Assembly: GCA_028873695.1 (NCBI GenBank)
Contig: JAPPNU010000029.1
Coordinates: 50,383-114,382, forward strand
Length of the DNA stretch: 64,000 nt
DNA from: Gemmatimonadota bacterium
GTDB taxonomy: Bacteria > Latescibacterota > UBA2968 > GCA-2709665
Direction: 5' to 3'
The stretch's first letter is position 1, and each line of letters opens with the position of its first letter. The notes beneath the pieces are model-generated. The model saw only the letters and a list, made by a program, of their open reading frames with translations, made no database searches and was not told the origin of the DNA. The translations under genes and the position numbers were made by a program. This document shows positions 10,297 to 20,322 of the stretch, piece by piece.

Positions 10297-11013
10297 ATGC
10301 GTAACGGTATGTTGGTATGTATGGCAGCGACGTTGCTGCTGCTTTCGGCGGGAACGGTCTATGGCGGCGGCGCGGCCGGAAGTTGGGGGCTCGGGACGTT
10401 CCTGGACTACAACCGGTCGATCTTCAAGCTGAAGGACTGGTATGAAACCGGCCGGGGGCAGGCCGGCGTGGTGTTCACCTACGTGATGAGTCCGCGGACC
10501 AGCGTGGAGATGGAGTTTCACCGGTCCATATTTGAGAACGGAGCACTGGAAGACACCCCGTTTACATGGCCAATTGACGGCAGAGACTATAAGTCACCTG
10601 ACGCTGCGAGCGAGATGCGTATCAGCAGCTTTCTGGTGAACGCGGTGGTCAGACGTGGAGGCGGAGGCATCCTGGCCAAGGAGAAGTATTCCACCTACGT
10701 GACCGTCGGCGCGGGCTTCTACGACTACAAGACGGACGTAAGCGGCCTGATCTTTCCGGGGCAGCGCGAGGCGCCTCTGGACAAGGACCTGGTCATTGAG
10801 CCGTTCAGCGATTCGCGCACGGCGCTGGGCGCCAACGTGGGCCTGGGCGTGGAGGCGTTCGTGTTCGACAACATTTCGCTGGACGTGCGCGCGCGGTACA
10901 ATCTCCTGCTGGGGGAGCTGAGGCCCATGGAAGCGTGGGGCCTCGAAGGCCAGACGTTTCCCATGCAGTTCCTGAACGCACGCGGGGGCATCCGGTTCTA
11001 CTTCAAGAAATAA
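10297..11013 (+). CDS. outer-membrane beta-barrel protein (OMP_b-brl-like)
   Basis: Has a signal peptide 'MRNGMLVCMAATLLLLSAGTVYG' and alternating beta-strand pattern. GGAGG lies upstream of the ATG. Confidence 0.6.
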   Translation: MRNGMLVCMAATLLLLSAGTVYGGGAAGSWGLGTFLDYNRSIFKLKDWYETGRGQAGVVFTYVMSPRTSVEMEFHRSIFENGALEDTPFTWPIDGRDYKSPDAASEMRISSFLVNAVVRRGGGGILAKEKYSTYVTVGAGFYDYKTDVSGLIFPGQREAPLDKDLVIEPFSDSRTALGANVGLGVEAFVFDNISLDVRARYNLLLGELRPMEAWGLEGQTFPMQFLNARGGIRFYFKK

Positions 11014-11102
11014 CGGTGCAGGGGTGACGCGAGAGAGGTCGCACGCAGAATTTCAGTTGGAACGTCTTGCAAGTGAAACAGACGCCGCGAAAAGGAGGAA
11101 CC

Positions 11103-14100
11103 ATGAGCAGGCTCAGGTTTTTGACGGGCGCTGTGGTCGTATTGTGTACCGTGTTCTTTGCCGCCAGTGCGGTAATGGCCGCGACAACCGGCAAGATCGT
11201 CGGCCGCGTGACCGACGAGAAGGGCGAACCTCTGCCGGGGGCGAGTGTGGCCTTAGAGGAAGCCCGGCTGGGCGGAACGACCGATGCGGACGGATTCTAC
11301 GTGATCGTCTCCGTAACGCCCGGCCAGTACAAGCTGACGGCATCAATGGTGGGGTATCACTCGGTGGTCCAGGAGCAGGTGGGCGTGCGTGTGGACTTCA
11401 CCACGACGGTCAACTTTCAGCTTCGAGAAACGGAACTCGAACTGGAAGAGATGGTGGTGGTGGCCGAGAAGCCCCCGGTAGACCCCGACAAGACGGACAG
11501 CCGTTACGTCGTGACCGCCGAGGAGATCGAACGAACGCCAATCTTAAGGAATGTCACCGAGGTCCTGGAACTGGAGCCGGGCTATGCCGTTGACGGCAGC
11601 GGCGCGATCCGGGGCTGGGTGGCCAGCCACAACGTCGTCTACGTCGACGGCGTTCCCGTTTCCGGCAGAGACGGGCGCGGAATCGGCGGCGGATGGGGCG
11701 ACGGCGGCGAGAGACAGTGGTACGGCGTCAACCTGAAGGCCGTCCAGGAGGTCTCGGTCATCACGGGCGGAATGAACGCCGAGTACGGAAACGCACAGGC
11801 AGGCGTCATCCAGATCGTAACGCGCGACGGCGGCGCGCAATATCACGGCGAGGCGGAATATCGTCTCACCCCTGCAGGTAAGAAGCACTGGGGCGAGAAC
11901 GTCTACGAAGCGCCAGAGTTGCGGGGAAACGCGAGGTGGAGCGATCCGGCGTGGACGTCCGAAGTTGACCCGGAAACGGGTAATCTGGTCCACCCGCGAA
12001 CGAACTACACGGACTGGCGTGGCCACTACCTGGATGGATTTCTGAGCGGTCCCCTGTTCGGGAACTCGTCTTTCTTCGCAAGCGCCCGGCACCTGCGTGA
12101 CGCCGCCGTGCTTCCCGGACCGTGGCGAACCCGGCCGGCGAACCTGAGGACCACGGCAAAGCTGACGGTCCCGGCGGGGTCGAACATGAAGCTTCGGATC
12201 GGCTGGATGTACGACTTCGCGGAGAATTTCAACAATGGACGGCTCTCCCGATACAGCTTCCCGAACGTCATCCGGGGAACGGGACGCGACCTCTTCATCC
12301 CCGATGGATCGATCGCGGGTGAAGAAAAGCAGACCGACAACATGATCTACGGCGTGATCACCCACACCATCAGTCCCAGAACATTCTACGAAGTGAGCGT
12401 ATCGCGTTATGGAAGCCGAACGGATACCAGCGGCGTGGGGAATAAAACCACGGCCGTCAGGACCGACAGCGAAGGGTACTTCTACATCGGCCGGGAGGAC
12501 GTCTGGGCGTTCAAGGTCGGCGAACAGAACCGATTCAGTCTGAAGGCCGACCTGTCAAGCCAGATGACGCGGGGCCACTTCGCCAAAACCGGCTTCGAGT
12601 TCATGACGTTCGAGAACTGGTGGACGTGGACCGGCATGACGCCCGGCGACGCGAAGCGCGATATCCGCTACATCGGGCAGCCGGAACCCGGCGAAGCGGT
12701 GACGCCCAGCCAGTTCGGCGCCTACGTCCAGGACAAAATGGAGTTTGAGGGGTTGATCGTCAACGTCGGCCTGCGCTACGACCGCCTTTGGGGTCAGGAC
12801 GTTCAGTTGCTGCCGTCGTTCACGTCGGGGTGGTACAACGCGATGGATACGTTCATCCAGGCGCCCACGGGGCCCATGCGGACCATACAGGGCTGGAGCC
12901 CCAGGCTGGGTATCTCACACCCCATCACGGCCCGGTCCAGCATGCACTTCTATTACGGCCGTTACATGATGATCCCCTCCTTCCGGCAGCAGTTCGGGAG
13001 CCATTGGGAGACGGCTTCCGGGCCCGATGGGATACCCGGCGTGCCGTGGAGTCATTTCAACGCGAAAGACGAAAGCTACGGCGCCAACGTCATCAGCCCG
13101 GTCTGGGACCACGGTCACCCCACGACCAGTTTCGAGGTGGGTACGGACTGGAACTTCGTAAGCGACTATGTCTTCTCGCTGGCGGCGTTCTACAAGAGCG
13201 GCCATCTGCAGAGCACCGGCATCTGGCACGACGCCGTCGATCCTGTTACGGGCAGGACGGGCGCCATCGGGGGCACGTACGGTTCCGAACGCACGGAAGA
13301 CGTCAAGGGCTTCGAGTTCAGCATGCGAAAGGGCTTCAGCAACTTCTTCGCGTTCCGCGCCGCATTGAACCTGGAGTGGCTGGAAGCCATCCACTGGCTG
13401 GGTGACGCCGAGACGGTTGCCAGCGTCCTGATCTATCCCGACCGGAGTTTCATCGCCAGCGGAAGGTATCACAAGGAATGGCGCGTCGTGGGCGGCCGCA
13501 GGGAACCCGTTCCGCTTACTGCGGAGGAGATCAAGACACTTGGCGACAAGGCGGAAGAGAACCTGCAAAAGGTCCGGGAAAACGTGAATGCCTTCAACCC
13601 CGTTGGCTCAGCGCCTCTCCAGCCGGCGTGGGAAGTCGAGGGCCTTACGGACGAAGCGAGAGAATGGCTTCAGGGCATCTGGTTTCAGAAGTTCTGGTTC
13701 AGCACCGGCAATATCTTCACGCAGGGACGCCGCAGCCAGGGCAGCCTTCAGATGTTCTTCTCGTCTCCGCTCGACTACGGGCCGGGTAAGCAGTACGCGG
13801 GCGCCACGCTGTTCGGCGGCATCAATGCCAATCTGATCTACCGGATCTACACGGGCAGCAAGTTCAATTACATAAAGCTGACCGGAGCCAACACGCCGGC
13901 GAGACGGCCCTTGCACACGGAGGCCGACCTGAACCTGCAGAAGCACTTCCGCTTCGGGAACCTGAACGCCGACGTGTTCGTGGAAGTCTTCAACCTGTTC
14001 AACCAGCAGGACGCCAGCGGCGTCACCGGTACGGACTACATGTGGTGGGGGCTCCAGCGGCCCAGGCCCAACGACGCGACGTACCTCAATTACGGGGACG

Positions 14101-14168
14101 TTTCCGACCGCTCGCGCTATATAGGCAATCCCCGGATTACGCACATGGGAATCAGGTTGAGCTTCTGA
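11103..14168 (+). CDS. TonB-dependent-receptor-like outer-membrane protein with carboxypeptidase-regulatory-like N-domain
   Basis: The ATG at 11103 follows AAAGGAGGAA. It has a signal peptide, then 'GKIVGRVTDEKGEPLPGASV...DADGFYVI...PGQYKL', then a plug-like region 'VVTAEEIERTP...VDGVPV'. It ends in '...GIRLSF'. Confidence 0.8.
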   Translation: MSRLRFLTGAVVVLCTVFFAASAVMAATTGKIVGRVTDEKGEPLPGASVALEEARLGGTTDADGFYVIVSVTPGQYKLTASMVGYHSVVQEQVGVRVDFTTTVNFQLRETELELEEMVVVAEKPPVDPDKTDSRYVVTAEEIERTPILRNVTEVLELEPGYAVDGSGAIRGWVASHNVVYVDGVPVSGRDGRGIGGGWGDGGERQWYGVNLKAVQEVSVITGGMNAEYGNAQAGVIQIVTRDGGAQYHGEAEYRLTPAGKKHWGENVYEAPELRGNARWSDPAWTSEVDPETGNLVHPRTNYTDWRGHYLDGFLSGPLFGNSSFFASARHLRDAAVLPGPWRTRPANLRTTAKLTVPAGSNMKLRIGWMYDFAENFNNGRLSRYSFPNVIRGTGRDLFIPDGSIAGEEKQTDNMIYGVITHTISPRTFYEVSVSRYGSRTDTSGVGNKTTAVRTDSEGYFYIGREDVWAFKVGEQNRFSLKADLSSQMTRGHFAKTGFEFMTFENWWTWTGMTPGDAKRDIRYIGQPEPGEAVTPSQFGAYVQDKMEFEGLIVNVGLRYDRLWGQDVQLLPSFTSGWYNAMDTFIQAPTGPMRTIQGWSPRLGISHPITARSSMHFYYGRYMMIPSFRQQFGSHWETASGPDGIPGVPWSHFNAKDESYGANVISPVWDHGHPTTSFEVGTDWNFVSDYVFSLAAFYKSGHLQSTGIWHDAVDPVTGRTGAIGGTYGSERTEDVKGFEFSMRKGFSNFFAFRAALNLEWLEAIHWLGDAETVASVLIYPDRSFIASGRYHKEWRVVGGRREPVPLTAEEIKTLGDKAEENLQKVRENVNAFNPVGSAPLQPAWEVEGLTDEAREWLQGIWFQKFWFSTGNIFTQGRRSQGSLQMFFSSPLDYGPGKQYAGATLFGGINANLIYRIYTGSKFNYIKLTGANTPARRPLHTEADLNLQKHFRFGNLNADVFVEVFNLFNQQDASGVTGTDYMWWGLQRPRPNDATYLNYGDVSDRSRYIGNPRITHMGIRLSF

Positions 14169-14234
14169 CATGAGTGAACCCTTCCTGAGAAGGAGGGACC
14201 GAACTCATCGGTCATCTTTGAGGAGGTCAAGGAA

Positions 14235-16502
14235 ATGAAAAGGAATATCGTAAGCGGGATTGCGCTCCTGGCTCTGGTGTTCAGCACCGCGGTCCACGCG
14301 GAACTCCGGGTGCAGTCCCGTGCGAAGGCATGGGACATCTACTGGAACTCGGGCACCCAGGGTGTGCGCGCCGCCACGCCCATGAGCTGGTACCGGCCCG
14401 TTGGCATGTCTTATCCGGGAAGGTTCTGGGTGCAGTACCCGCAGGAATTCATCGACTACTGGGGTACCCGGACCTGGGGCGTCCGGTCCGAGTGGGTGGT
14501 CTACTACAACGAACTGTGCGGCACCATGCCCGGCTGGAACCAGTTCATCGCGACACGGGTGGGCGGCGATTACCACGTTTCCGAATCCAAGGCCACGCTT
14601 GAATCGGAGGACGTGGTCCCCATGGCCTACGATCCTTCGCAGGGGCCGGAGAGCAATATCGGCTACCGGAAGGTGTCGCCCCTGGGTCCCGATATGGCCA
14701 ACTGGTGGCCGGGCCAGCCCGCGCCGGGTCCCGCTTCGCCGGTGGAGATCCACAACTACCGGTACAGCGAATATATGGAGGCCGACAAGGACAATTTTCC
14801 GGAGAGCATTATCGTCAGCAAATGGACCACGAAGAACGGCATCACCGTAACCAAGAAGGCTTACGCGTGGAGCTATCCGGACTTCGACGACTTCCAGATC
14901 ATGGAATATACGTTCGAGAACACCGGAGATTCCAACGGCGACGGCGTGGCCGACCTCGGCGGCGGGCTGCAGCTGAACGATACGTTCGTGATTTTCTCCA
15001 CCCGCTTTTACGCCTCACAGTGCGGCCAGGCCCACTATGCGGGGGATTCATTCTTCCGGCGCACCATTCCGGTCGCGCTGGACGATTGGTACAAGTATAC
15101 GGAAGCGGCCAATTTCGACGGGCCGGGAGATGCGTTGGGTCTCAAGATGTGGTACGCATTTGACGGTGAGAATCCCGACCTTCCGGGAAACGACATCGGC
15201 AAACCGTATAGTGAGGAACGCGCGAACCAGAGTTGGCACCAATGCTGTCTCCAGCAGACGAAAATCGAAGGCGAGATGGGGGCCTTCCAGTACATCGGCG
15301 TCGCCCCACTGGCCTACACGCCCGGGTCGGTCAACGATGCCTCGACCTTTACCTTCGACACCGGGGGAGACGCAAGCTTTATCCCGCCACGGGTGGCCGA
15401 CCAGCCCCACACGGTCAAATGGTGGGACTACAGGGACCGAACGGATTTTTCGGAACCCGGTTCGGAGAACATGAGCCCCGAGCAGATCTACAACGAACTG
15501 ACGAGCCCCGCGCCATTCATCAAGGACAATCCCACCACGATAGACGGGCTCGTCGCTTCCTTCGCCTACGGGCCGTACGACATGGCCCCCGGAGACAAGG
15601 TGAGAATCGTCTTTGCCCTGGTGGCGGCCGCGCCGGTGGAGGAGAATATCTGGGGTTGGGCCAAGCAGAGCAGGCAGGAAGATATGCTCTCGGACAAGCC
15701 CATGAACAATTTGCTCAAACACCACAAGGCCGCGGCCGACGCCTTCAGGTGGAACTACGATCTGCCCGATCCCCCGCCTGACGTCAGGGCGGAAACCACC
15801 GCGTCGGTCGACGGTTTCAACCTGGTCCGGTGGACCGACGAAGGCGACGACGCGACCGACCCGGACTACACCGGCGCCGAGGCGCAGGACATCGTGGGCT
15901 ACCGGGTCTACCGATCGGACTACAAGATCGACGACTGGAAGCTGATGGCCGACGTCCCGCTGAAGGACCCGGAGTACTACAGCGGCGGCACCTACCAGGT
16001 TGAAGACCGGAAGTCCGTTGCGGGTTTCGAGTACACCTACCGCGTGGCCGCCTACGACTCGGGCCACGACGACTGGAACGGTACCGGGATGGCCATTCCG
16101 TCTATGGAGGGCGGCAACAGCGCGCCCGAGCAGTGGGCTGGCGGCGTCATGACCAGCGTCCCCTTCGTGCCGGCCAACGCTTCGGCGGACCAGCTGGCGC
16201 GGAACGTGATCGTCGTACCGAATCCGCACAAGGTGGACGGCGCCCACAACTATCCCTCGGCGGGGTTGATCCGGTTTACGAATATCCCGCAAAAGTGCAC
16301 GATCCGGATCTACACCGTCGCGGGCGAGCTCGCCGCCGTCATTGAACACGAAGACCCTGCCCGGGGCGAGGCCGGATGGAACCAGATCCCCCATTCGCGC
16401 GGAGGGGACGTGCCCGCCGGCGTCTACTACTGGATCGTCGAATCCCAGATGCCGGGGAGCGCGGGCCAGACGCAGCGTGGAACGTTGATGATCATCAAGT
16501 AG
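14235..16502 (+). CDS. secreted protein with C-terminal sorting-type (FlgD-Ig/T9SS-CTD-like) beta-sandwich
   Basis: Signal peptide 'MKRNIVSGIALLALVFSTAVHA'. The C-terminus reads 'VVPNPHK...IRFTNIP..CTIRIYTVAGELAAVI...AGVYYWIV...GTLMIIK'. Confidence 0.6.
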   Translation: MKRNIVSGIALLALVFSTAVHAELRVQSRAKAWDIYWNSGTQGVRAATPMSWYRPVGMSYPGRFWVQYPQEFIDYWGTRTWGVRSEWVVYYNELCGTMPGWNQFIATRVGGDYHVSESKATLESEDVVPMAYDPSQGPESNIGYRKVSPLGPDMANWWPGQPAPGPASPVEIHNYRYSEYMEADKDNFPESIIVSKWTTKNGITVTKKAYAWSYPDFDDFQIMEYTFENTGDSNGDGVADLGGGLQLNDTFVIFSTRFYASQCGQAHYAGDSFFRRTIPVALDDWYKYTEAANFDGPGDALGLKMWYAFDGENPDLPGNDIGKPYSEERANQSWHQCCLQQTKIEGEMGAFQYIGVAPLAYTPGSVNDASTFTFDTGGDASFIPPRVADQPHTVKWWDYRDRTDFSEPGSENMSPEQIYNELTSPAPFIKDNPTTIDGLVASFAYGPYDMAPGDKVRIVFALVAAAPVEENIWGWAKQSRQEDMLSDKPMNNLLKHHKAAADAFRWNYDLPDPPPDVRAETTASVDGFNLVRWTDEGDDATDPDYTGAEAQDIVGYRVYRSDYKIDDWKLMADVPLKDPEYYSGGTYQVEDRKSVAGFEYTYRVAAYDSGHDDWNGTGMAIPSMEGGNSAPEQWAGGVMTSVPFVPANASADQLARNVIVVPNPHKVDGAHNYPSAGLIRFTNIPQKCTIRIYTVAGELAAVIEHEDPARGEAGWNQIPHSRGGDVPAGVYYWIVESQMPGSAGQTQRGTLMIIK

Positions 16503-16726
16503 GGGCAGATCTCTATTTCTGCTCGGCTAGGAAGTTGTTTTGAAATTACCGGTGAGTTCCCAAGCGCGAGCGAAAAGGCGGCGGTCAAGGCAGGAAAATC
16601 CGCGCATATTTGTCTATACGGGTGGATTTGACCAACGCCGACCGACGCCTTTGCAGCCGCGCGAAGACCGCTGGGAATTTTAAGACAGCTTCTCAGGTCC
16701 ATACTGAAACTCAAGGAGATGACGCG

Positions 16727-17680
16727 ATGAAACGGACGTTGTGGATCGGACTGACAGCGGCGGTGATCTGCGCCCTGCTCTACCCCCGGGGGGCGGATGC
16801 CCAGGACCAGCGGCGGTTGTCGCGGATGGTCCTCCCTGTTCTCAAGATCGATCATGGAGCGCGAATGGCCGGTATGGGCGGTGCGTTCGTGGCCGTATCG
16901 GACAATATCGATGCCATCTTTTCGAACCCCGCGGGACTCACGCATATCGAACGCGCCGCGTTTACGCTCGGATACACCCGGTGGCTGATGAACGACCACA
17001 TCCTTACGGGTGGGATGGCCTACAACACGGCGCACGGTGTTCTGGGTGTTAACGTGGTTACCTTCAGCCCCCACGAGTTCGAAGAGACGACCATTTTCCA
17101 GCCCACCGGGACCGGACGGTACCCCGATATGGGCGATCTCTCGCTGGGCGTGGTCTACGCCAGGAAACTGACGGACAAACTCTCGGTGGGCTCGATATTC
17201 CGCTGGACGCAGCAGACGCTGGATACGGACCGCCTGAACGCATGGGACGTGGGCGTATCCACGTTCTTCTACACCGGTTTCAGGAGCCTGCGTCTGGGCA
17301 TGACCTTCGAGAACATGGGAAAGGACGTCAAGGTGATTGACGACGTCCGAAAGATGCCGGTTGCCTTCAGCACGGCCGCGGCAATGGAGATTGTCGGCGC
17401 CACCGGCGACCCCACCTATATCACGGTAACCTTCGAAAATTCATATGCCACGGATTTCGCCGACCCGCAGTACCGGTTCGGCGGCGAACTCTGGCTTCAG
17501 AGCAACTTCGCCCTTCGGGCGGGCTATAAGGCGAACTTCGACGAAGAATCCTGGACGCTCGGAGCGGGGTTGAAATTCTCGATGCCGAACGGACGGATCG
17601 TGCAGGCCGACGTTGCGTACAGCGATTTCGGCACGTATCTGGATGCCCCGCTGCGGTTCACGCTGAGCGGCGCGTTCTGA
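16727..17680 (+). CDS. PorV/PorQ-family outer-membrane beta-barrel
   Basis: The ATG at 16727 follows AAGGAG. It has a signal peptide and 'GARMAGMGGAFVAVSDNIDAIFSNPAGL', and ends in '...LSGAF'. Confidence 0.7.
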   Translation: MKRTLWIGLTAAVICALLYPRGADAQDQRRLSRMVLPVLKIDHGARMAGMGGAFVAVSDNIDAIFSNPAGLTHIERAAFTLGYTRWLMNDHILTGGMAYNTAHGVLGVNVVTFSPHEFEETTIFQPTGTGRYPDMGDLSLGVVYARKLTDKLSVGSIFRWTQQTLDTDRLNAWDVGVSTFFYTGFRSLRLGMTFENMGKDVKVIDDVRKMPVAFSTAAAMEIVGATGDPTYITVTFENSYATDFADPQYRFGGELWLQSNFALRAGYKANFDEESWTLGAGLKFSMPNGRIVQADVAYSDFGTYLDAPLRFTLSGAF

Positions 17681-17705
17681 GTTTTCAGAAAGCATCGTGT
17701 ATAAG

Positions 17706-17742
17706 AGAAATGGCGGTCCCCAGGGATTGCCATTTCTTTTTA
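17706..17742 (+). terminator. rho-independent terminator
   Basis: agaaatggc (17706-17714) pairs with gccatttct (17729-17737), followed by ttttt. Confidence 0.75.
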
Positions 17743-17930
17743 TCCGTTACCACACCTGTCCAAAACCGTCTTTTCCACATAAACGCGGGCAGCGGTGATT
17801 GGACCTGGAATTCTGCCCGTCGCGGTTGGCCGCAGAAACCGGCAAGACCCCGAAGACGCTGCACCGGACACGAGCGCCCTGCGACCGAAGGCAATCCGCT
17901 CGCTATCACGACATGATCCACCCGTAACCG

Positions 17931-18003
17931 GAGCGAGGGCATCCTGCCCTCGAACTTCGCGTCACCTTCCCCTATTCGCGCCGAGGGCAGGATGCCCTCG
18001 CTC
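17931..18003. repeat. perfect 22-bp inverted repeat (29-nt spacer); each arm is itself palindromic
   Basis: gagcgagggcatcctgccctcg (17931-17952) is the exact reverse complement of cgagggcaggatgccctcgctc (17982-18003). Confidence 0.9.
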
Positions 18004-18049
18004 CCGGGAACACCAACGACACCGTTCCCAAAAGGGTTAGAGGTCTCCA

Positions 18050-19261
18050 GTGGGCCGATTTCAAAAGATCTGTCTGACGTGCGATGCGCAACAGGATGCC
18101 CCGGCCTTGAATTGCGGTGTCTGCGCGGGACCTCTGGGGTTTAAATACAGCTATGAGAACGTTACGTGGGACGACCGGTTCGAAGGGTCCATGTGGCGCT
18201 ACTGGCCCCTGCTTCCGGTCCAGCCTCCCGATGGCGCCGTGACCCTTGGCGAAGGCGGTACTCCTTTGCTGCCCGCGCGGAGCTTCGACGGACAGCGGGT
18301 CTATCTGAAGGACGAGACCCGCAACCCCACCGGATCCCACAAGGACCGCTCGCTCTCGGTCGCGATCACGCACGCAAAGTCCGTCGGCGCGGATGTGTCC
18401 GTCATCGTATCGACGGGCAGCGCGGGCATCTCGAACGCGGCGCTGGCCGCACGGGCGGGTATGCGCAGCGTCGTGGTCATGACGGAAGGAACGCCGCCCG
18501 ATCGGCTCTACCCCATGTACGGCCTGGGCGCGGCGCTTGTCGAGGTGAAGGCGCCCATCGATCCGATCGTACAGGGCGTGATCGACGTCTGTCGTGAGCA
18601 GAAACTCTATCTGAGCACCACCAGCCGGAATTCCAATCCTTACCAGGCCGAGGGGAACAAGACCATCGCCTTCGAGATCGTCGAGGAACTGGGCAGAGCG
18701 CCGGACTGGGTCGTGGTTCCCGTGGGCGGCGGCGGTACGGTCTCGGGGATCTGGCGGGGATTCCGGGACTGCCGCGCGCTCGGACTCATTGACTCCATGC
18801 CCCGAATGATTGGCGTGGTGCCTCGAGACTACAATGCGCTGGAGGTGGCCTTTAAACGCGGATTGGACCGGTGGGAAGAGGTGCTGGCGCTGCCTTATGA
18901 CAACCTGCCGCCTTCGATTCTGGTAAAACTCGCCCACAGCTACCCTCCGGACGGCATGGAAGCCCTGGGGGCCGTACGTTCGTCGAACGGGTTCTTTGTT
19001 TCCGTCACGGACGAGGAAGCGCTTTCGGCCCAGGAAGCCTGCGGCCGGCGGGAGGGTCTGTTCGTGGAGCCGTCCACGGGCGCCTGCCTGGCCGGCACAA
19101 CCCGTCTTCTGGATTCGGGGCAGGTACGTCCGGAAGACGTCGTCGTCGCCATCGTCAGCGGCTCCGGCTATCGCGAAACCGCTTGCACGATGGACTCGCG
19201 CCCCCTGCGGAAACAGTCCGTTTCGCTTGAGAAACTTTCCACGTCCCTGAGGGGATTTTAA
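18050..19261 (+). CDS. threonine-synthase-like PLP-dependent enzyme (PALP fold) with N-terminal Cys4 zinc ribbon
   Basis: 'CLTCDA...CGVCAG' ribbon. 'NPTGSHKDR' is a PLP-lysine motif. 'VPVGGGGTVSG' is the Gly loop. GTG start. Confidence 0.75.
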   Translation: MGRFQKICLTCDAQQDAPALNCGVCAGPLGFKYSYENVTWDDRFEGSMWRYWPLLPVQPPDGAVTLGEGGTPLLPARSFDGQRVYLKDETRNPTGSHKDRSLSVAITHAKSVGADVSVIVSTGSAGISNAALAARAGMRSVVVMTEGTPPDRLYPMYGLGAALVEVKAPIDPIVQGVIDVCREQKLYLSTTSRNSNPYQAEGNKTIAFEIVEELGRAPDWVVVPVGGGGTVSGIWRGFRDCRALGLIDSMPRMIGVVPRDYNALEVAFKRGLDRWEEVLALPYDNLPPSILVKLAHSYPPDGMEALGAVRSSNGFFVSVTDEEALSAQEACGRREGLFVEPSTGACLAGTTRLLDSGQVRPEDVVVAIVSGSGYRETACTMDSRPLRKQSVSLEKLSTSLRGF

Positions 19262-19273
19262 AGGATTGAACTT

Positions 19274-20296
19274 ATGTCCCTGCATCTTGCACGATGGCGT
19301 CGTCGCGAAGTACCGATTCTGTCCGCGCTGACCACCCGCCAGGACTGGTGCCGGGTCGAACTCTACAACCCGACTGTGCTACGCGTCGCGGACAGGTACA
19401 TGATGTGGTACATCGCTCACGGTACCGCTACCCGTACAGACGATTCGGTCGTCGGCTTCGCCGAATCGGACGACGGCATCCACTGGAACGAGCACCCGGA
19501 CAACCCCATTCTCACCCGCGACGATCTGCCCGCCTGCGACGCCTGGCAGACGCCCCACGTGATCTTCGACGCGGACGAGGGCCTGTTCAAGATGTGGTTC
19601 ATCATGTCGACCGTTGTCCGGGGCGGTCCAACCTGGCTCGTGAGCTTCGAACAGCAACTGGGATATGCCACCAGCCTCGACGGGCTGAAATGGGACGTAT
19701 ATCCGGAGCCGATCTATCACAGCGGGCGACGCCCGTGTGTGATCAAGGACGGTCCTGGCGCCTACCGGATGTGGATGAACTCATCCCCAACGCCAGACGG
19801 AAGCTTCGACGACCTGGTACATCACATCTTTCGCTTCGAATCCACGGACGGCCTCTGCTGGACGCGCGACCCCGAACCCGCCGTGAGCTTCAACGAGAAA
19901 CTCAGGGGCACGGTCTATCCATTCGTCATGCGCGACGGCGACGGATACATCATGTGGTACGGCGCCTGGCCTGCCGGCGGCGAAGTCGTGATCGACGCGG
20001 GGTCGGAATCGCCGCTGGCCCGGCCGGTGTTCGAGATCTACTGCTCCACGTCGTCGGATGGCCTCGCCTGGACCCACCACCATGACGCCCCCGCCCTGCC
20101 CGCGACGCGGGATCCCAATGACTACGACGGGCGGTATACCTCCACGCCGTGTGTCGTCGATGGCGGGGACCGCTATCTGATGTACTACTCCGCCAGGGAC
20201 TGGGGTACCCTCTACAGGACAGGCGCCGACACGCTTGGCATCGACAGGGCCGGAATCTACCGCCACATCGGCGTGGCCGAGTGCGGCAGGACCTGA
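19274..20296 (+). CDS. beta-propeller glycoside-hydrolase-like protein (paralog family with 24439 and 37323/37589)
   Basis: 'QDWCRVELYNPTVLRVADRYMMWY...GFAESDDGIHW' and repeated '...KMW' blades. It shares its N-terminal motif with the 24439 gene. Confidence 0.6.
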   Translation: MSLHLARWRRREVPILSALTTRQDWCRVELYNPTVLRVADRYMMWYIAHGTATRTDDSVVGFAESDDGIHWNEHPDNPILTRDDLPACDAWQTPHVIFDADEGLFKMWFIMSTVVRGGPTWLVSFEQQLGYATSLDGLKWDVYPEPIYHSGRRPCVIKDGPGAYRMWMNSSPTPDGSFDDLVHHIFRFESTDGLCWTRDPEPAVSFNEKLRGTVYPFVMRDGDGYIMWYGAWPAGGEVVIDAGSESPLARPVFEIYCSTSSDGLAWTHHHDAPALPATRDPNDYDGRYTSTPCVVDGGDRYLMYYSARDWGTLYRTGADTLGIDRAGIYRHIGVAECGRT

Positions 20297-20322
20297 AATG
20301 TCGGCAGCAGACGGGAGAATGA

